Shown here: piece by piece, positions 1-8,712 of the stretch | Layout of the letters: each line of letters begins with the position of its first letter | Position numbering within the stretch: the first letter of the stretch is position 1 | Assembly: GCA_963762565.1 (NCBI GenBank) | Contig: CAVXLD010000012.1 | Coordinates: 256,001 to 320,000, forward strand | DNA from: an uncultured Verrucomicrobiae bacterium | GTDB taxonomy: Bacteria; Verrucomicrobiota; Verrucomicrobiia; Chthoniobacterales; JAFAMB01 | Direction: 5' to 3' | Length of the DNA: 64,000 bases | Made by a program: the position numbers and the translations under genes | Notes under the pieces: generated by a model | Databases searched by the model: none | Told to the model about the DNA's origin: nothing | The model's input: only the letters and a program-made list of their open reading frames with translations

Positions 1-809
1 AGCCGGTTTAATCACCGTGGTGCAGGCTCAAGCTCACGGGTGTAACCCAAAAGCTCTCTGTCACAGTCCTGGATCTGCTTTTGCACCTCTTGGTATTGAG
101 CCCAAGCCTTCGCCAGCACAAAGAGATGCTCTTTACGCCAGTCGCCTTCCAAAGATTTGACGACCTTCTCTTCAGAAGCCCGGATGCGCTTATCGCGCAA
201 CTTCGCTAATTGCACTGGATCTCTCTGCCCGCTTAAGAGGCAGCACGTGGCCTGACCGGTAAGGCCGCTTAGATCGTCAATGACGTGGTGCAGCTTGATA
301 TTCATTTGCGCCAGGCTGCCTGCATATGCTGCACGTGCTGAGCGGCAGGGAGAGCAAGTTTTGCCGGAAGCATAAGAGCGGGTGGCGCAAATAGTCTGAG
401 CGGGACGAAAGGAGCCCAACAGCAAGCCCACACTGTGCAGATACTGCAACCACTGGCAATCCCGCACGTCGCTCTTGCGACCTGGCACATTCTTGACATG
501 CCGTGCGTTAACTAAGCAGACCTTCAGCCCCGCATCCTCCAGCAATTGATAAAGCGGTATCCAGTACACCCCAGTGGCTTCCATCGCCACGCTCTGCACT
601 CCACAGTCAACTAACCACTGCACGATGGCCTTAAGATCTTGAGTAAAAGCCTCAAAGCGGCGCACCGAGTTTTGGTCACCCTCGGCCGCGACGGCCACCC
701 AGATTTCCTCAGCTCCCAGATCAATGCCAGCCGCGTTGGGTTCCTGCTCACGGATCGCTTTAGTGGCTTCAGGCTTGGTTTTTGCTTTTGTTTTCCTATG
801 CTCTTTCAT
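1..809 (-). pseudogene. IS110-family transposase/recombinase (DEDD RuvC-like N-terminal domain), frameshifted, probably continuing off the window edge
   Basis: Motifs AAGIDLG, VAMEATGVYW and GRKSDVRDCQWL are typical of IS110. Conserved-looking sequence switches frames near 330-390 (RQNLLSL and AAQHVQHMQ lie in other frames), and there is an early stop at 12-14. ATG at 807-809. Confidence 0.85.
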
Positions 810-814
810 TGGGA

Positions 815-1015
815 TTGGCCAACGAAGGAGGCTTGGCTCAGACGGCGAAAAATAGAGACATTCTCGTGAACGGAGTCCTGGATCCACTTAGACGGATTCC
901 GGCCACCACTGAATTGATCGCAGCGTCTGATTCCATGCTTTCAGTCGGGCTTAGCTACCACGGAGCACCACTGTGGCCTCGGATTACTTGCTAAGCCTCC
1001 TCGTTGGTGCTCCTG
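815..1015 (-). ncRNA. Structured non-coding left end of IS110 (candidate bridge RNA)
   Basis: Complementary segments 819-834/993-1007, 962-970/1005-1013 and 948-955/990-997 lie directly upstream of the IS110 CDS. Confidence 0.5.
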
Positions 1016-1320
1016 CCTTAGCAACTCCAAAACGCTGCTGCACCATAAATCGAATGTTCCCTCTCCGAATTGCACCCGCGTAGCGGGTTGGAGATGCTTT
1101 CAGGGCGCACCTCTCGACGCCAGCACCAAGGGCTGAAGCCTAGGCTGTGATGTATAGCCGCTTCGCGGCAAAATCCAACAGAGCCTAGGCGAGCTGGGCT
1201 CGACCGGAACGGGCTCGCCCCGCGGCTGCGGGAAAGGCAGCGGCTTGTCGGGTGGCGACCCCGACGGCCTCGCACGTGTCCTCCATAGCTTTAGCGACGG
1301 AGGAAGCGACGCAGCGCTCT

Positions 1321-1826
1321 TTGGTGGGGCGAGGCTCCCGAATAATCCAGGCGTTTGTCCAAAGCGGTTGGGAGTGCCGGCCCGCAGCATACTGTTACGG
1401 CTTAAATCGCGCCGAGCCGTGGTCTACCGTGGGCCACGGCTCGGCGCGCCTATCCGCCCTGTTCATGCAACTCCCGGCGTTTGTGTGATGCACCCTTGGT
1501 CAATCGCTGGGCCGTTCGGGAGGGTCCGTGGTCAAGACATAGGTAACAAATCATGGTCAAGACATGGGTAACAGGTACATACAAAAAATGACTGGGGTGA
1601 CTCGGAGATCCGCCCAGCTGGCCGACGGAGGTCAGCTGATAAAAATCGCATGCCGATCGTTCGCGAGAATGGTCGCTTCTGCCCTCTCACACATTTCACC
1701 CTCAAAAAGGACAACCAAAGGAACCATACATTTTTTGATTGCCCAAGAATAGGTATATAAAAAGCACATTTTCTCGACAAAGTGTTACCTATGTCTTGAC
1801 CACGTTCAGGAGCCTCGCCCCACCAA
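1321..1826. repeat. REP/REPIN-like family A element, interrupted by a MITE
   Basis: Inverted arms TTGGTGGGGCGAGGCTCC (1321-1338) and GGAGCCTCGCCCCACCAA (1809-1826). The interior is homologous to 30140-30355 in reverse orientation. Confidence 0.85.
1523..1808. mobile_element. Non-autonomous MITE with IS481-like ends
   Basis: TIR core CGTGGTCAAGACATAGGTAACA on the left, with its reverse complement ending at 1804 on the right. A tandem second copy lies at 1556-1573. Flanking direct repeat GGAG at 1519-1522 and 1809-1812. Confidence 0.7.
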
Positions 1827-1840
1827 AAGCGACCCGCCTC

Positions 1841-2512
1841 CTAGCTCCTGGCTCCTTCCCCGGGCTCCTGGCTCCTTTGCATTTTCCGCCGATAGTAGCG
1901 TTTCGCCTTCGCTCTGCTGCCGCAATCATCCATGTCACACCACCGCCGGGTATGGTTCTTCGTGAGATCGAGAAACAACCAGCCACATTCCTCGCCGGCG
2001 CATTGGCGGACTTTGCTTAGGGACTCGCTGGATCCCAACAATTCGGCCGCCGACCAGGCAACGGGTCCTAATAGACGCGCTTCATCCAACATACAGCCGG
2101 TGCGGAAACAGACCAGCCGTTCACCTTCTGCGCCAACCTGTAAAGTGATTGGTGTGCGAGCGAGCAGACCATTGATTACGTCCAAATCGCACTTCGACGG
2201 TTGCCGGCCCTGGCTGACGTCGCTAAACGCGCGGTAAAGCCCTTCTCTGAAATCCACCGCTAAATGGAGGAGACGCTCGGCTTGAGCTGGAACCATCGCG
2301 CCCTGGCGCAACATCTCTGTGCTGGCGGAGTCATCCAGGATGTCCGCCTGACGCGCCCAAGTTATCAGGCTTTTGAATGAGGCGAGTTTTTCCCTGGGGT
2401 GCGACGCTCGGTGATTCCCGACCGTATTCGTAAAGTCCAGACAGAGAACCCCGCCGATCCAACCGAAACTGGTTTCAACATCCGGATCGCTGCTGCGCGA
2501 CAAGTTTTCCAT
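1841..2512 (-). CDS. ABATE/CGNR zinc-finger domain protein (putative regulator)
   Basis: LCLDFTNT at the N-terminus and CAGEECGWLFLD...RRWCDMDDCGSR at the C-terminus. Confidence 0.9.
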   Translation of the reverse strand: MENLSRSSDPDVETSFGWIGGVLCLDFTNTVGNHRASHPREKLASFKSLITWARQADILDDSASTEMLRQGAMVPAQAERLLHLAVDFREGLYRAFSDVSQGRQPSKCDLDVINGLLARTPITLQVGAEGERLVCFRTGCMLDEARLLGPVAWSAAELLGSSESLSKVRQCAGEECGWLFLDLTKNHTRRWCDMDDCGSRAKAKRYYRRKMQRSQEPGEGARS

Positions 2513-2592
2513 AACACCGTCAAAATAGCACTTGCATGGTAATAGACAATAAGATATTTATTACTGTCGATATCCACTTTAGAAGGTTAAAT

Positions 2593-2847
2593 ATGAAGGT
2601 CATTCAATTTTCCGCAGGAAGCGATCCAAGTGTTACCGAGGTGTTGTCTCCTTTTAGCGGTCAACGCGCGCGAGTGTATCGGGCGTCTGTTCGCGGCATA
2701 CTCGGGGAAATGGCTCACTTTCCAGGAGGTCGAGCTCAGTTGATGAAGGTCCCGAAACTGGGATATTCGTTGGAGACAGTGGTCTTTGCCGTCTTTGGTG
2801 CAGCTTCGCTTGCACTGGTATTAATGCCCTTTTTAGGGGTAAGTTGA
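2593..2847 (+). CDS. Small hypothetical protein with C-terminal TM helix
   Basis: 84-aa ORF after AGAAGG, with a hydrophobic C-terminus, divergent from the CGNR gene. Confidence 0.45.
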   Translation: MKVIQFSAGSDPSVTEVLSPFSGQRARVYRASVRGILGEMAHFPGGRAQLMKVPKLGYSLETVVFAVFGAASLALVLMPFLGVS

Positions 2848-2923
2848 CCGATCACAGATCGATAACCGTTGTACTATTAAAAATTAGTATAAAGAGTAAT
2901 ACTCCCATACCCCGGAACATCCG

Positions 2924-3319
2924 ATGAGCAGAAACCCATTTAGTCACATTGATTTGCGGGTGCGCAGCCTCGCTAAGGTAAGCGGCTTTTATCGGGCCTT
3001 ACTTCCTGAGCTTGGATTTACGGTGTGGTGGGGAGAAGACGGCGGAGAATGGCGAGGTGCGTCGACCGATGAGGCTTTTCCTGGGAAAGCTTTCTTTGGC
3101 TTTACAGAAAATCCTGAGCACCTGCCGACTGCGACTTGCATCGCTTTTTGGGTCGAAACGCCTGAACAGGTCGACCGAATCGGTGAAGTCGTAAGAAAGG
3201 TTGGCGGACTGAACATCGAGGGCCCAGTGGTTGCTGAAGAATACAGCAACGATTATTACGCCGTGTTTTTCGAGGATCCGGACGGGAACCGGCTGGAGGT
3301 AGTGCACCGGACGAGGTGA
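2924..3319 (+). CDS. VOC/glyoxalase family protein
   Basis: HIDLRVRSL and YYAVFFEDPDGNRLEV motifs. Confidence 0.9.
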   Translation: MSRNPFSHIDLRVRSLAKVSGFYRALLPELGFTVWWGEDGGEWRGASTDEAFPGKAFFGFTENPEHLPTATCIAFWVETPEQVDRIGEVVRKVGGLNIEGPVVAEEYSNDYYAVFFEDPDGNRLEVVHRTR

Positions 3320-3502
3320 ACCGAATGGTTCGAATTAACCCCCGAAAACGCGGGGTTGGGGGTGCTTTCACCGCCGCACTTTTTGCGCATCGCCTGGAGG
3401 CGAAATAAAGGATCGGAGCTTCTTCATTGCCGGAGCTTTGCGCCTTTCAAAAATCGACGCGCATTTTTGGGCGAAGCAGACTAAAGATTGGCGTAGCGCC
3501 CC

Positions 3503-4000
3503 GTGAAAAACATCCCCAAAATTGCGTTGCTGATCATCCTGCTCCTGAGCTCTTGCACCCTGGTTTCACCCTTCTTGCCCGCGAGCCCGAAAAATTACGG
3601 CGGTGGCAATGATTACGCGGTCGGCGAAGCACAACCGTATCCTCAAGAAGTGAAATTAGCAGAGCAACGCCTGGCCAACTTTATCCGTCGAGCCGACCCC
3701 GAGCAAAGACAGTTGCTCGATCAAAATCCTTATGTGGCCGTGCAGGCCTACGAATTGGTAGCCGGCCAAATTTGGCCGTTGGAGCGGGAATTGGCCTCAG
3801 GACGAGTCCGAACGATGGATTATGTGCAGGACCAGCAAAACATACCCAATTATCCTGTCGAATTCTTGTTGCTTTTCGATCAACGAACGCGACGCCTTGT
3901 CAGGCCCGATGGCGTACTCATTATGGACCAGCCCCGAAGGGGTTCCGTCGCCAACTTTGCCGGCGTGAAAGCAATCTACGCCGGAACTGGTTGGTGGTGA
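3503..4000 (+). CDS. Hypothetical lipoprotein
   Basis: Signal peptide with lipobox-like LSSC. C-terminal domain resembles 32834-33340. Confidence 0.75.
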   Translation: MKNIPKIALLIILLLSSCTLVSPFLPASPKNYGGGNDYAVGEAQPYPQEVKLAEQRLANFIRRADPEQRQLLDQNPYVAVQAYELVAGQIWPLERELASGRVRTMDYVQDQQNIPNYPVEFLLLFDQRTRRLVRPDGVLIMDQPRRGSVANFAGVKAIYAGTGWW

Positions 4001-4057
4001 GTGGGTTACGAGTTATAGGTTCTAAGTTATAGGCTTTAAGTTTACGCCGAAAAACGA

Positions 4058-4081
4058 GGGGCCCCACTCGTCGTGGGGCCC
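4058..4081. terminator. GC-rich hairpin between convergent genes, flanked by heptamer repeats
   Basis: GGGCCCCAC-TCGTC-GTGGGGCCC with (CTTAGAA)n on the right. Confidence 0.45.
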
Positions 4082-4112
<31 letters not shown>

Positions 4113-4129
4113 CTTGAACCTTGAACCGC

Positions 4130-5701
4130 TTAGACCGCGGCGGGCTCCAGATTCTCGGACGGAGAAGGAGCTTTCGAGGATTCTCTAGACTGCTGACGGT
4201 ATCGATTAACGGCGTTCAAATAGGCGCGAGCGCTTGCGTCGATGACATCGGTACTCGCTCCTTTTCCGGTAACGAGGCGACCTTCACCAAAATCGCATTT
4301 CACGGTTACCTCACCGAGGGCATCCTTTCCACCGGACATCGACTCTACGAGATATTCGACCAAGTGACCGCTGTGGTGAAGGATCCGATCGATGGCTTTC
4401 ATAGCGGCATCGACTGCGCCGTTTCCGGGGGCAGAGTCTTGCAGCAACTCATCACCTTTTCGCAGTCGGACCGTAGCCGTTGGCACAGTGCTCGTGCCGG
4501 AAGTGACGTGGAGATATTCGAGCTGCCAGGTCTCTCCGGATGACCCGAACGCGTCGTCGATCAGCGCCGCCAAATCTTCGTCGTAAACAAATTTCTTTTT
4601 GTCGCCGATCTCTTTGAAACGGACGAAAAGACGATTGATCTCTTCGTCGCTTAGACGGTGTCCCAGGTGTTCTAAGCGCTTTACCATGGCATGCCGGCCA
4701 CTGTGTTTGGTCAACGGAAGCTCAGACTCACCCCAACCAACATCATGCGGGTCCATGATTTCATAGGTTTCACGATGTTTCAGGATCCCATCTTGATGGA
4801 TACCCGCTCCGTGAGCAAAAGCGTTCTCGCCCACGATCGCTTTGCTCCTGGCCACAGCGAGGCCGCACATGCGGCTGACCAATCGTGAGGTCTTGACGAT
4901 CTCCTGATAGTTCAAATCCGTGTGATAACCACCGTAGAAATCCTTTCTGGTTTTCAAGGCCATCACGACTTCTTCGAGAGCGACATTACCGGCGCGCTCG
5001 CCAATGCCATTGATGGTTCCTTCGACTTGCCGAGCGCCGGCGCGGATCGACGCAAGTGAATTCGCGACCGATAAACCCAGGTCATCATGACAATGAACAC
5101 TGATAACCGCGTCATCGATATTTCTGACGTTGTCTTTCAAATACTGAATTAGTGCTGCGAATTGCTCAGGGACCGCATAACCCACGGTGTCGGGAATGTT
5201 AACCGTGGTAGCGCCGGCTTCGATTGCAGCCTGAAGTACTTTGGCCAAAAATTCCGGCTCGGTTCGAGAAGCGTCTTCGGGAGAAAATTCGACGTCTTTG
5301 ACCAGGGCCTTTGCCCGTTTAACTCCTTCGACTGCAAGGCGAACCACCTCTTCATCCACCTTTTTGAGCTTGTGATCGCGATGGATCTTTGAGGTGGCGA
5401 GAAAGACGTGAATGCGGGCTCGGTCACCAGCCGGTTTTACTGCGGCTCCGGCGGCGTCGATGTCTGCCGGGGTACAGCGAGCGAGCCCGGCGATAATCGG
5501 GCCGCGTACCTCAGTAGCAATTTGTTCGACGGACGCAAAATCGCCATCGCTGATAACGGGAAACCCAGCCTCAATAATATCGACATTGAGTCGTTGCAGT
5601 TGTCGGGCGACCTCCAGCTTCTCGCGGAGATTCATGGATGCTCCGGGACACTGTTCTCCGTCGCGCAAGGTAGTATCGAAGACAAAAATCTTTTCGGACA
5701 T
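4130..5701 (-). CDS. leuA: 2-isopropylmalate synthase
   Basis: DTTLRDGEQ, HCHDDLG and GIGERAGN motifs plus the C-terminal regulatory domain. Confidence 0.97.
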   Translation of the reverse strand: MSEKIFVFDTTLRDGEQCPGASMNLREKLEVARQLQRLNVDIIEAGFPVISDGDFASVEQIATEVRGPIIAGLARCTPADIDAAGAAVKPAGDRARIHVFLATSKIHRDHKLKKVDEEVVRLAVEGVKRAKALVKDVEFSPEDASRTEPEFLAKVLQAAIEAGATTVNIPDTVGYAVPEQFAALIQYLKDNVRNIDDAVISVHCHDDLGLSVANSLASIRAGARQVEGTINGIGERAGNVALEEVVMALKTRKDFYGGYHTDLNYQEIVKTSRLVSRMCGLAVARSKAIVGENAFAHGAGIHQDGILKHRETYEIMDPHDVGWGESELPLTKHSGRHAMVKRLEHLGHRLSDEEINRLFVRFKEIGDKKKFVYDEDLAALIDDAFGSSGETWQLEYLHVTSGTSTVPTATVRLRKGDELLQDSAPGNGAVDAAMKAIDRILHHSGHLVEYLVESMSGGKDALGEVTVKCDFGEGRLVTGKGASTDVIDASARAYLNAVNRYRQQSRESSKAPSPSENLEPAAV

Positions 5702-5793
5702 AAAGCTGTTTCAGTTCGGTTTGAGGATTTGGTGAGGAGTTCTTTAATGTCGACGTTGTCGTCACCTCGACGAACGCGACCAGACTAACCAAC

Positions 5794-5880
5794 TTAGAGA
5801 CTGAGGAGGAGAGAATCGTTCGGGGCGCCACTCCCGAGGAGGAGGAGCTCAAGGCTAAGCAGCTGAGCGAAAAGACGCAT
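5794..5880 (-). CDS. Leucine-rich leader peptide MRLFAQLLSLELLLLGSGAPNDSLLLSL
   Basis: 28 codons, 12 of them Leu including a CTC x4 run. ATG at 5878-5880, TAA at 5794-5796, 92 nt upstream of leuA. Confidence 0.8.
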   Translation of the reverse strand: MRLFAQLLSLELLLLGSGAPNDSLLLSL

Positions 5881-5955
5881 GTGAAGGCAAGGCTACAAGG
5901 CAATTACAAGTTTGCAAGCGAGAATGTTAAGAACGAGCGAGACGTCGTGATCGCT

Positions 5956-6201
5956 GGAGGGGAGCCGCTTCCGCCTATTTCATCGCGAGCGCCCTGTTTC
6001 AAAATCGGTGACTGGTTAGACCGCAAATCGTTCGCTAGCAGGCGGCTCCCGGGATCTGCCCCTGACGAGCCAACGTCCAGCGTTGAGGAAAACGCTGGGT
6101 CGTTCTCGGGAGCCGCCTGTTAGGAAAATATCGTTCCGTTCAACCACTACAAAGCAAAGATATGCCGCCTTTACGGGAAAGGGCGGAAGCGGCTCCCCTC
6201 C
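5956..6201. repeat. REP/REPIN-like family B element
   Basis: Outer arms GGAGGGGAGCCGCTT/AAGCGGCTCCCCTCC and inner arms AGGCGGCTCCCG/CGGGAGCCGCCT. Confidence 0.85.
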
Positions 6202-6210
6202 AACCGGGCT

Positions 6211-6675
6211 CTACTTGCATTCGGGGCATTTCCCGAAAAACTCCAGAGAGTGCCGGAGCTCAGTAAAGCCGTAACGCTTACCGATCGCCTGTTCCACCTT
6301 CTCAACCGGACAAGAGTCCACCATCAAAGTTACCCGGCCGCACCGGGTGCAGATCAGGTGATCATAATGTTGCCTAGGGTCTAGCAGCTCGAAATAGCTA
6401 CAAGACCGGTTAAGATGGACCCGTTGCGCCACGCCTAACTCCTCCAAGACACCCATTACCCGGAACACAGTGGCGTAGTCCGGAGTGACGCCGTCGGTCA
6501 CCGAGCGGTGTTGAATCTCCTCGAGTGATAACGGCTCTCTCGCGCTGAGCAACGTTTCCAAGATCTTTTGCCGCCCTTTTGTCACCCGAAGTCCACGAGA
6601 GTGGAGCAGCGTAAGGATCGCTTCCAGGCTCAACTCAGAGAGCGGTGAATGAAGCTCATGTCCCATCTTGCTCAA
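6211..6675 (-). CDS. Fur-family metalloregulator
   Basis: GLRVT, ATVFR, HYDHLICTRCG and a C-terminal CPEC. Confidence 0.92.
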   Translation of the reverse strand: MSKMGHELHSPLSELSLEAILTLLHSRGLRVTKGRQKILETLLSAREPLSLEEIQHRSVTDGVTPDYATVFRVMGVLEELGVAQRVHLNRSCSYFELLDPRQHYDHLICTRCGRVTLMVDSCPVEKVEQAIGKRYGFTELRHSLEFFGKCPECK

Positions 6676-6853
6676 TTTAACCGCATCTAGTGTGGTCGCG
6701 CACGGAAAAGGTGATTAGTGATTGGTGATTAGTGATTAGTGAAAAAAGCTGTGTCTGGTTGGAGCGCGAGAAGCTCGTGGTACGGATTTTCTCGGTGTCG
6801 TCATCGATGGTGCTCAGCGGCCGGTCCACCAATCACCAATCACCATTCACTAA

Positions 6854-7867
6854 TCACCCTTCCACCACGCCCGGCAGTAGCTTGCTGAGCTCCGCTTGGA
6901 TGCTGCTGAAACTGACGCGTTCTCTAGCCCGATTCAGCATCGATTCAACGACCTGGTTGTAGTCGGGATTGATAGTTAGCAGGCGCAGCATACGCTCCAA
7001 CAAGGCGTCAAAGCTTTGCCGATCACTGACTAGCTCAGGAACAATTTCCCGTTCAATAGCGCCGTTCCCCCCAACTGTGGGAATTCCGCATAGGAGCGCA
7101 TCGCCTGCTACTTGTCCCGGAACCCGGCTCTGGTCGAACTGGAGTACCAGTCGATGACGGCGTAATACCTGCGTGTACTCAAAGTAAGGCATCGGCGACA
7201 GGACAGTCAGCTGGTCGGCAGGAAACCGGAGAGCTGCCAACAATTTCTTTGACCCGATTGAACCTTTGTCTATCACAGTCACCGGGTGTGACGTCTTTCT
7301 TGCTCCCGCCAGAGCGAGCAAATGGTTTCGCGAGGGGACATCAAACTCGCGCGTCCCAATAAAAATGCCGGCCCGCTTTTCGACCGGTAACGACAGATTC
7401 CAGTTTGATTCGTCGATCGGATAAGGAGTAGGTAAATAGGATACCTTCCGGGAGACGGATCGATAGAGGGGAACTAAATCCGGCGTACTTGAAAGACACA
7501 GGTCAGCGTTTGCCGCAATTTCGCAGAAAGTATCGAACAGTCTGGCGTCTCGGAGTTGAGCGGCAATTTGGTGGGTACCTGATTCCTTAAAGGAGATGGC
7601 AACGACACATCCGTGCGCCTTCAACGTAGCCAGCGCTGATCGCGCGGCTTTGAGGTTCCCCCGCAGAAGCAACAAAACGTTGCGATGTTGCCCGGCCAAT
7701 GTGGTTGTCCGGTAAAACCCGCCGTTGGTGCAGGCTGCATAGGCGTGATAATTCAACGGCGGATGGCCGCTAAAACTCGGCTGAGGCAGTGCATTCCGGA
7801 ACGGTTGGTCTGGATCCCGACCCAAAGGATTCAGTACTGCTAAACCGGGTAAAAAAGCGAAGTTCAC
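6854..7867 (-). CDS. Hypothetical protein, glycosyltransferase GT-B-like C-terminus
   Basis: 337-aa ORF. PGQVAGDALLCGIPTVG resembles the GT-B 'EA..CG.PVV' motif. Confidence 0.6.
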   Translation of the reverse strand: MNFAFLPGLAVLNPLGRDPDQPFRNALPQPSFSGHPPLNYHAYAACTNGGFYRTTTLAGQHRNVLLLLRGNLKAARSALATLKAHGCVVAISFKESGTHQIAAQLRDARLFDTFCEIAANADLCLSSTPDLVPLYRSVSRKVSYLPTPYPIDESNWNLSLPVEKRAGIFIGTREFDVPSRNHLLALAGARKTSHPVTVIDKGSIGSKKLLAALRFPADQLTVLSPMPYFEYTQVLRRHRLVLQFDQSRVPGQVAGDALLCGIPTVGGNGAIEREIVPELVSDRQSFDALLERMLRLLTINPDYNQVVESMLNRARERVSFSSIQAELSKLLPGVVEG

Positions 7868-8062
7868 GCCGAAAACGAAGATTTAAGATCCACAGATTAC
7901 ACAGATTACGCAGATTTCGATTAGTGCTTCGGTTCGGGTCCTTGGTAAAGAGAGATCTATGAGGCCGTAAACTTGTTTTAGCTGACTGGGCGAAAAGTAC
8001 TGGGAAACGAAATCTGTGTAATCTGCGTAATCTGCGGATTTTAAAGTTTGGCGATCGGGGGA

Positions 8063-8536
8063 TTAGAATGGACCGTTGGCGGACGTGACGTTGTGCGGAA
8101 CGATCAAAACCGGGCAGCGCGCGCGTCCTAAGATGCCCTCGGTTACCCCGCCCTCGAACAGGTGGTAGAGCGCCCCGTGATGGTGAGACCCAATCACGAT
8201 GAGGTCGACCCGCTCGCTTTCCGCTTGCGCCAGGATTTCCTCAACGGGCGGGCCCTGACGCTCGATAGTTGTTGATGTTAGGCCGACCGAAGTGACCATC
8301 TCTTCGAGCTCGGCAAGCTTCTTCTTCATCGCCTCTGCGACCTCGGGTTCGTCCCGGACGGGCGGTGGGACGAGGTTCGGTCCCGCGCCAAAGTCGATGA
8401 TCTCCCCGCCGGGCTCGGTCCATTCAACGTGCATCAACGTAATGTGACTCTGAAAAGGCTTAGCTAAATAGACCGCCGCCTTCACCACTTTGAAAGTCAC
8501 ATCCGAAAAATCGATCGGCACCAGAATTGATTTCAT
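8063..8536 (-). CDS. Universal stress protein
   Basis: ILVPIDFS, DLIVIGSH and CPVLIVP motifs. Confidence 0.93.
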   Translation of the reverse strand: MKSILVPIDFSDVTFKVVKAAVYLAKPFQSHITLMHVEWTEPGGEIIDFGAGPNLVPPPVRDEPEVAEAMKKKLAELEEMVTSVGLTSTTIERQGPPVEEILAQAESERVDLIVIGSHHHGALYHLFEGGVTEGILGRARCPVLIVPHNVTSANGPF

Positions 8537-8712
8537 TTCTCTCCGAACTGCCAATCGCAATCTAACCGCGGAGTGGTTCAATAGGGCAAAGAAATAAAAT
8601 TATGAAGGTCCTCGCATTCCGGCGACCGGCGCTGGGTTCTTCGCGCGTAATGTGACGGGGCCATGCATATACACTCCCTGGACTTCCGCCCATAAATCAA
8701 AGAATCTTTCCC

